Virus record (IMG/VR): IMGVR_UViG_3300035492_000075 | Length of the DNA stretch: 64,000 nt | Source: a virus | Reading direction: 5' to 3' (one strand) | In this document: positions 59,303-64,000 of the stretch, one piece after another | Position numbering within the stretch: position 1 is the first letter of the stretch | How the letters are laid out: each line of letters opens with the position of its first letter | The notes under the pieces: model-generated | Seen by the model: only the letters and a program-made list of their open reading frames with translations | What the model was told of the DNA's origin: nothing | Databases searched by the model: none | Position numbers and translations under genes: made by a program

Positions 59303-60778
59303 TTAACCGTCAACCCTTTTTATCAAATCTGCGAAACTTTTGACATTAGGGTCGTTTGTTACATCTCTTGCTGCCCGATCAAGGTGTCGGATGACGCTGC
59401 GATAGTATTCTTCTCGCATGAACGTGGGGTCCATAGCGACTAGCATAACATAAGAGATAAACAGAATGTCATTTTGTATCTCATCAAAGCGTCTTTCGTA
59501 ATCTGCACCACCGAAGAATCGGAACTCGATACGACGTTGAGAAACGTCAGCATGCAGCATGTGTCTCAAGTTGATGGCACGTTCCTTGGCGTTGTCACGG
59601 AGAACCATCTTGGAGAACTCATCCAAGAAATTTCGGGAACCGTTAAACTTATAGAGTCGTGCCAGTTCTTCGACTGGTGTCTCACCGCTACGATTCGAGC
59701 TGCTGGTAAGGAAATCGGTTATTGGCATGACGAACTGGTTGCGTAGTGGGAACTTCATGAACTTCTTCGACCCACGAGACCGCCCTTGATAGAAGTCAAC
59801 GTCCATCAGCATCATCATCTTCACGATATCAATCTTGTCCAGACTCAAACCATTGTCGATAGAGACGTTCAGGTGCATGCCAGTGCTGTTGTCTGTGCCA
59901 CCGACCTTTCGAATAAACTGAAACATCTCATCCATGACGTCTAGGATTTCTTCATATCGAAGTGGTTTTGTGATCACTTCCACCCCATCGGGGACAGTAA
60001 TGTCAGGGGTTACTCTGTCAATATATCGAGAATCAACAGGAATACCGGCTGCAACGATTTCGACCTTAGTCTTCATCACGTCGCCATCGCGATCTGCATC
60101 AATAACGCTGACGATGCCATCATTCAGAGCTTTCTCACTGATATTCGGCGAAACGAACTCACAGTCTTGATCCAGATAATCAACGATGGCACTCATCGCC
60201 TCAAAGACAACCAATGCGCTCCTCTTGTCGATTGACGGGCTCTGGCGTAACCCAGCAGCAGCAACAATGGATCGTGCCTTGGCTGAACCCTTTGGTCCCA
60301 TGAGACTGTATGCTATGCCCATACCTCGGGTGATATCGCCCTTATACGAACTGACGATCTCCTGACTCGGTTTCAAGATGCTCACACCGAACTCGTATGC
60401 AATCTTAGCCGCTTCTGGGAGAACTGTCTCTTGGATATATTCTTTTTCCACTTCGTCGATGGTCGTCGTGTCGAAAATAAAACCTTCGATATCGTCAGCG
60501 TACTCTTGAATGGTGGTGCGACTGTATGACTGGATATTCTTGATGCCACGAGAGAGAAGTTTCACAGGGGCAACAATCTTCTTGGTGATAGGGTTCTCTT
60601 GCTCATCTGGAGGAAGGAACTCGTTGAGCGCGTTGGCACCTTCGGTTACGTTAAACTCAAATTCTATACCGAAACGAAACCGGTTAATATTGCGAAGCAC
60701 TACTTTTCTAGCAGTTTGATCGAAACGGGCTGCTTCTAACAACTCCATCTCTTCGTAAATCAGGTTTTCAAAGCTCAT
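59303..60778 (-). CDS. hypothetical protein, possible amidoligase (GS-like fold) family
   Basis: ATG 60778 follows a GGAGA SD. RFGIEFEF, STGMHLNVS and RIEFRFFGG resemble Amidoligase_2 motif order. Confidence 0.6.
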   Translation of the reverse strand: MSFENLIYEEMELLEAARFDQTARKVVLRNINRFRFGIEFEFNVTEGANALNEFLPPDEQENPITKKIVAPVKLLSRGIKNIQSYSRTTIQEYADDIEGFIFDTTTIDEVEKEYIQETVLPEAAKIAYEFGVSILKPSQEIVSSYKGDITRGMGIAYSLMGPKGSAKARSIVAAAGLRQSPSIDKRSALVVFEAMSAIVDYLDQDCEFVSPNISEKALNDGIVSVIDADRDGDVMKTKVEIVAAGIPVDSRYIDRVTPDITVPDGVEVITKPLRYEEILDVMDEMFQFIRKVGGTDNSTGMHLNVSIDNGLSLDKIDIVKMMMLMDVDFYQGRSRGSKKFMKFPLRNQFVMPITDFLTSSSNRSGETPVEELARLYKFNGSRNFLDEFSKMVLRDNAKERAINLRHMLHADVSQRRIEFRFFGGADYERRFDEIQNDILFISYVMLVAMDPTFMREEYYRSVIRHLDRAARDVTNDPNVKSFADLIKRVDG

Positions 60779-60810
60779 CTGTTTCTCCAAATAAGACGAT
60801 ATATTTACAA

Positions 60811-60841
60811 ACAAAAACGCCCAAGTCAATACTTGGGCGTT
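60811..60841 (-). terminator. rho-independent terminator after phoH
   Basis: ACGCCCAAGT-ATTG-ACTTGGGCGT followed by TTTTTG on the minus strand. Confidence 0.7.
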
Positions 60842-60866
60842 TAATGTTAGCGGTGGACGGTACTGC

Positions 60867-61610
60867 TTAGATTCGAGATTCTGCGATCAGGAATTGTTTT
60901 ACGATCTCACTGCGGACAATATCGTCTTGGGTGAAATCTACCATACCAACTAGGTCTTGGCTCATTTCGTTCAGAACCTTGCGAAGTTGGTTAAAACCGG
61001 ACACCTCACGATGGCGTGTGAGATCGGTTTGTCGGTCGTCACCGATGAAGATCATTCGGCAATTGACACCGACACGGGTCATAATGGTTGATAACTCGGC
61101 GTAGTCCATGTTCTCAGCTTCGTCGACGATGACGATCTGATCATTGAACGTGTCGCCACGTAGGAATGAAGATGAAATGAAGTCTACCTGACCCAGTGCC
61201 TTGGCATGTCGGTAGCCATCTTTGAAACTAAGAAGCTCTCGGAAGATACTCTCGTATGGGCGTTCATAAACTGCCATCTTCTCTTCTTCCGTACCCGGTA
61301 GAAACCCTTTCTTCCGAACCTCTACAGCAGAACGGATGATGGTGATTTTCTCATATGGGCTCGAACTGTCAAACGCCTCTTCCATTGCAGCAGCCAGAGC
61401 TAAGTATGTCTTACCTGTACCTGCCCAACCGTGTAGTGAGATGATGGGGATGTCTTGGTAGTAGAGTCGCAGAAACTCTGCTTGGTTCTCACTTTTTGCT
61501 TTGAATGGTTTCACGTCATGCGAATGGAGCCTCTTGTTGGCTCCCAGTATACGGACATTACTCTCACTCTCGTTTTCAGTATTCAGATGCTGCTTACGTG
61601 TTTTACTCAT
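60867..61610 (-). CDS. phoH: PhoH-like ATPase
   Basis: Walker A GWAGTGKTYLA, VIVDEAENM, and the typical PhoH length. Confidence 0.9.
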   Translation of the reverse strand: MSKTRKQHLNTENESESNVRILGANKRLHSHDVKPFKAKSENQAEFLRLYYQDIPIISLHGWAGTGKTYLALAAAMEEAFDSSSPYEKITIIRSAVEVRKKGFLPGTEEEKMAVYERPYESIFRELLSFKDGYRHAKALGQVDFISSSFLRGDTFNDQIVIVDEAENMDYAELSTIMTRVGVNCRMIFIGDDRQTDLTRHREVSGFNQLRKVLNEMSQDLVGMVDFTQDDIVRSEIVKQFLIAESRI

Positions 61611-61801
61611 AGTTCAGGATGCTCCTATCGACGCACACCGCTTAGGAATATTTATAACCCACCTAAAAAAAATTGTTCATTGACTTTTTCTATTCATAAA
61701 TCAAAACCGATTGATCAAATTTATTTCCCTAATATATTCCAATGAAACTTCAACGAAAATCCAGTGAACGGGTGAGGAGCGTAGCGAGCGACAGCGAGCC
61801 T

Positions 61802-61881
61802 AGCGACTCAATACTTATTACTGTATTCAAAGAATGAAAAATCCTTCCATTTCATAGACATATCCCAAGCGACTAAATACT
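61802..61881 (+). promoter_or_regulatory. two copies of AGCGACT(C/A)AATACT, putative tandem phage promoters
   Basis: Copies at 61802-61815 and 61868-61881 in the 291-bp divergent intergenic region. The second copy is 21 nt upstream of ATG 61902. Confidence 0.4.
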
Positions 61882-61901
61882 AGGAACGACAGGAGAAGAC
61901 C

Positions 61902-62315
61902 ATGTCAAAGAACCCACTAGATGACGAATTCAATATCGCAACAGACAACATGATCGATGATGACTACGTAGCCGTACACATCCCAGACGAGCGCGAGCTG
62001 AAAAACCTTGACTTGATTGCTGACCTTGCGCTAAAGGCGTACAAGGAGCAGATGGATGATATCGCCTTGATCGAACCAAAGAACCGGGTGAAGTACCTTG
62101 AGGTATGCGAGCGATACCTGAACCAAGCCAAAGACGCTATCTACAAGAAGAAGTACCTCGAAGAGATGGCTAAACGCATCGTTAAGGCGAATGCCGGTAA
62201 GACGGGGTCAGAGGTTGCCAAAGACGGCGCTGGTGAAGATGAAGAAAGCACCGCTGAGTACAAGCCTTTGAGTCGTGCTGAGCTTGCAGAGAAGGTCAGA
62301 CTGGTTAAGAAATGA
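61902..62315 (+). CDS. hypothetical protein (possibly small terminase-like; weak)
   Basis: 137-aa ORF with an AGGAGA SD. Helical and acidic, with a size and pattern loosely like T4 gp16. Confidence 0.6.
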   Translation: MSKNPLDDEFNIATDNMIDDDYVAVHIPDERELKNLDLIADLALKAYKEQMDDIALIEPKNRVKYLEVCERYLNQAKDAIYKKKYLEEMAKRIVKANAGKTGSEVAKDGAGEDEESTAEYKPLSRAELAEKVRLVKK

Positions 62316-62911
62316 GAGTTGAAGACCTTTTCGAGGGAGTTTCCAAGACTCTCTATCATTTCACCACGTTCGATCATGCGAGCGGTATCCTTCGCTCGAA
62401 TACCATGCGTTCACGAATCGGTGAAATCTCATTCAGCCGGTCGGTCATGGGGTCAAACCCACGCGACCACCGAATGATTGGTGTACTCTTCGAGCTCGAT
62501 GGTGAAGCTCTGGGTCAACGCTACAGCGGTTCACCTGTTGGGCGTGAAGAAATGGATGAAGATGACTGGCAGATCGTACACCTAAGAGGCAAGGGATCAC
62601 AGATGGAAGATCGTATCTATACGAACGAGATCAAAGGCATTCGTCGGTATATCACCAGAGCAATCATCTATATGCCACGAGAGGTGTACCGTTCTGGTGG
62701 TGGGGATAACCTCGATGGTGACTACAACGAACAGCTTCGACACATTATCGATGTGGTGAAAGAGCTGAAAGGTATTCCTTTTATCACTGTTACATCAGAA
62801 CGAGGAATCCCAACTACCAACTACCTGTTGCGGAATATACAAAGAACATATAATGACTCTGTGAAGGAGTTCAAATCAATGCTTACAAACATGGGGTTTA
62901 AATTCGGATGA
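62312..62911 (+). CDS. paralogue family member 1 (MxVExLFEG...LYHxT)
   Basis: 199 aa with an ATGA overlap. Shares an N-terminal ~120-aa core with the next ORF. Confidence 0.7.
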   Translation: MRVEDLFEGVSKTLYHFTTFDHASGILRSNTMRSRIGEISFSRSVMGSNPRDHRMIGVLFELDGEALGQRYSGSPVGREEMDEDDWQIVHLRGKGSQMEDRIYTNEIKGIRRYITRAIIYMPREVYRSGGGDNLDGDYNEQLRHIIDVVKELKGIPFITVTSERGIPTTNYLLRNIQRTYNDSVKEFKSMLTNMGFKFG

Positions 62912-63828
62912 AAGTAGAAGAACTATTTGAGGGGATCAGCAATGTTCTCTATCACTCAACTGGCATAATGCAAGCAGCCAGTATCATTGAGGACAATCGC
63001 TTTATCCTTAGTGCCGATTTTGCGAAAGATGCAGAAATGAAGTCTGGTAAGCCTATGTTCTATCTAAGTACCACACGTAGTCGTGCTGGTAGCTACCATA
63101 ATAGTGAGAACAGTATGTTTAATGGAACTGTCATCTTTGTCTTGGATGGGCGAAAGCTTGCTCAGACCTATGCTGGCAAGCCAGTCGATTATTGGGGCGA
63201 TTCGTTCAGAAACGAGCACGGTGTTCCGTTGAATGATGAGATGGAAGATCGCATCTTCTCACCAACCAGAACGATCCCGGCGCTGAAGTACATCATGAGT
63301 GTCGATATCATGATGAAAGAGCCTCGTAGAAGCACGTTCAGCGATGAGCCAATGAAAGACACTCATCGCGGTCTCAATAAGCTGATTTTCGCTGCCAAAC
63401 GAGCTGGAGTCCCTGTTAGAGTATTTGACACCCAGAGTACGATGCTAACCGGTAGAAACCCGGCTGGTCTTGGTGCTGTTGTCAATCGCAGCGAAGGCTC
63501 TCCGATGTTCGGCGACGCACCAAGTCGACGTTACAAGCCATACGAGACTGACGCTCTGCGTAACCTTATCCTCATTGGCGAGATGCTACTGAAGGGAAAG
63601 CGACCGACCAAGGAAATGATGTTCTTCTTCACTGGCCCGTATGGGTACAATAACCCGTACTACAGGAAAGAAATGATCGGTAAATTGAAGAACGATATGT
63701 TCAACGAAACAAAGCGGGAGTCTATGCAGAAGCTCCGAACACTGATGGTGAAATTCCGTGTAGGAAACGTCATCGATCTGGCTGAAGCGATTCATGCCGA
63801 AGTAGAAAGATTAGGATACCTAGAATGA
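62908..63828 (+). CDS. paralogue family member 2
   Basis: 306 aa with an ATGA overlap. Shared blocks: MKVEELFEGIS..LYHST, VIFVLDGRKLAQTYAGKPV, EMEDRIF. Confidence 0.7.
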   Translation: MKVEELFEGISNVLYHSTGIMQAASIIEDNRFILSADFAKDAEMKSGKPMFYLSTTRSRAGSYHNSENSMFNGTVIFVLDGRKLAQTYAGKPVDYWGDSFRNEHGVPLNDEMEDRIFSPTRTIPALKYIMSVDIMMKEPRRSTFSDEPMKDTHRGLNKLIFAAKRAGVPVRVFDTQSTMLTGRNPAGLGAVVNRSEGSPMFGDAPSRRYKPYETDALRNLILIGEMLLKGKRPTKEMMFFFTGPYGYNNPYYRKEMIGKLKNDMFNETKRESMQKLRTLMVKFRVGNVIDLAEAIHAEVERLGYLE

Positions 63829-64000
63829 ATATTGAAGAATTGTTTGAAAACAAAGACGAGCTATTGACCGAAGCTCTTCGTACTGAACTGGCGAAAGACG
63901 TGGATAGGATTTATACGCAGTTATTCAGAGATGATGTACAGAAACTGTTCAACGGCGGACACGCTGATGACGTTTCGGTTCGTCTTCTCACACCACCAAC
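63826..64000 (+). CDS. possible third family member (partial, runs off the window)
   Basis: ATGA overlap. Starts MNIEELFEN..., the same N-terminal signature. Confidence 0.55.

Overview
This window looks like a 64-kb segment of a T4-superfamily myovirus genome. rIIA/rIIB, gp32, gp41, gp61, gp43, gp44/62, gp45, UvsW/X/Y, gp4, gp13 and gp15 homologues are recognisable by motif. No rRNA, CRISPR array, integrase or host-like flank is visible.

Layout:
- 1-12.4 kb: a plus-strand early-type region of small ORFs, punctuated by sigma70-like promoters (TTGACA-N17-TAnnnT) and rho-independent terminators. It carries 2 tRNAs, a Thg1-like enzyme, a SleB-like hydrolase and a cREC-Prs-Nampt operon.
- 12.5-17.4 kb: a free-standing homing endonuclease plus morphogenesis genes. 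The gp4-like head completion nuclease is broken by a T11 homopolymer frameshift.
- 17.4-61.6 kb: one long minus-strand block, tightly translationally coupled (ATGA/TGATG/TAATG overlaps), with replication, recombination and nucleotide-metabolism genes.
- 61.9-64 kb: plus-strand genes, including a tandem paralogue array.

Most unusual observations:
1. A miniaturised DNA polymerase III alpha-like core lacking a PHP domain, encoded as two ORFs 27 kb apart (53501-54034 and 26118-26705), in a phage that already has a family B polymerase.
2. That family B polymerase is itself split into two coupled cistrons.
3. NrdA carries two LAGLIDADG inteins. One sits exactly at the catalytic SNL/C site and ends in Gln.
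4. A dispersed set of NAD/ADP-ribose-related genes: Prs+Nampt, macrodomain+metallophosphoesterase, a DUF2829/Tad2-like protein, a SLOG-domain protein, and possibly ART-like paralogues.
5. A phage-encoded type IV prepilin-like protein.
6. A Leu(UAA)-type tRNA without the long variable arm.
7. A MoxR/vWA-metallopeptidase/ClpP/GroES module.

All functional calls come from motif recognition by eye. No searches were run.
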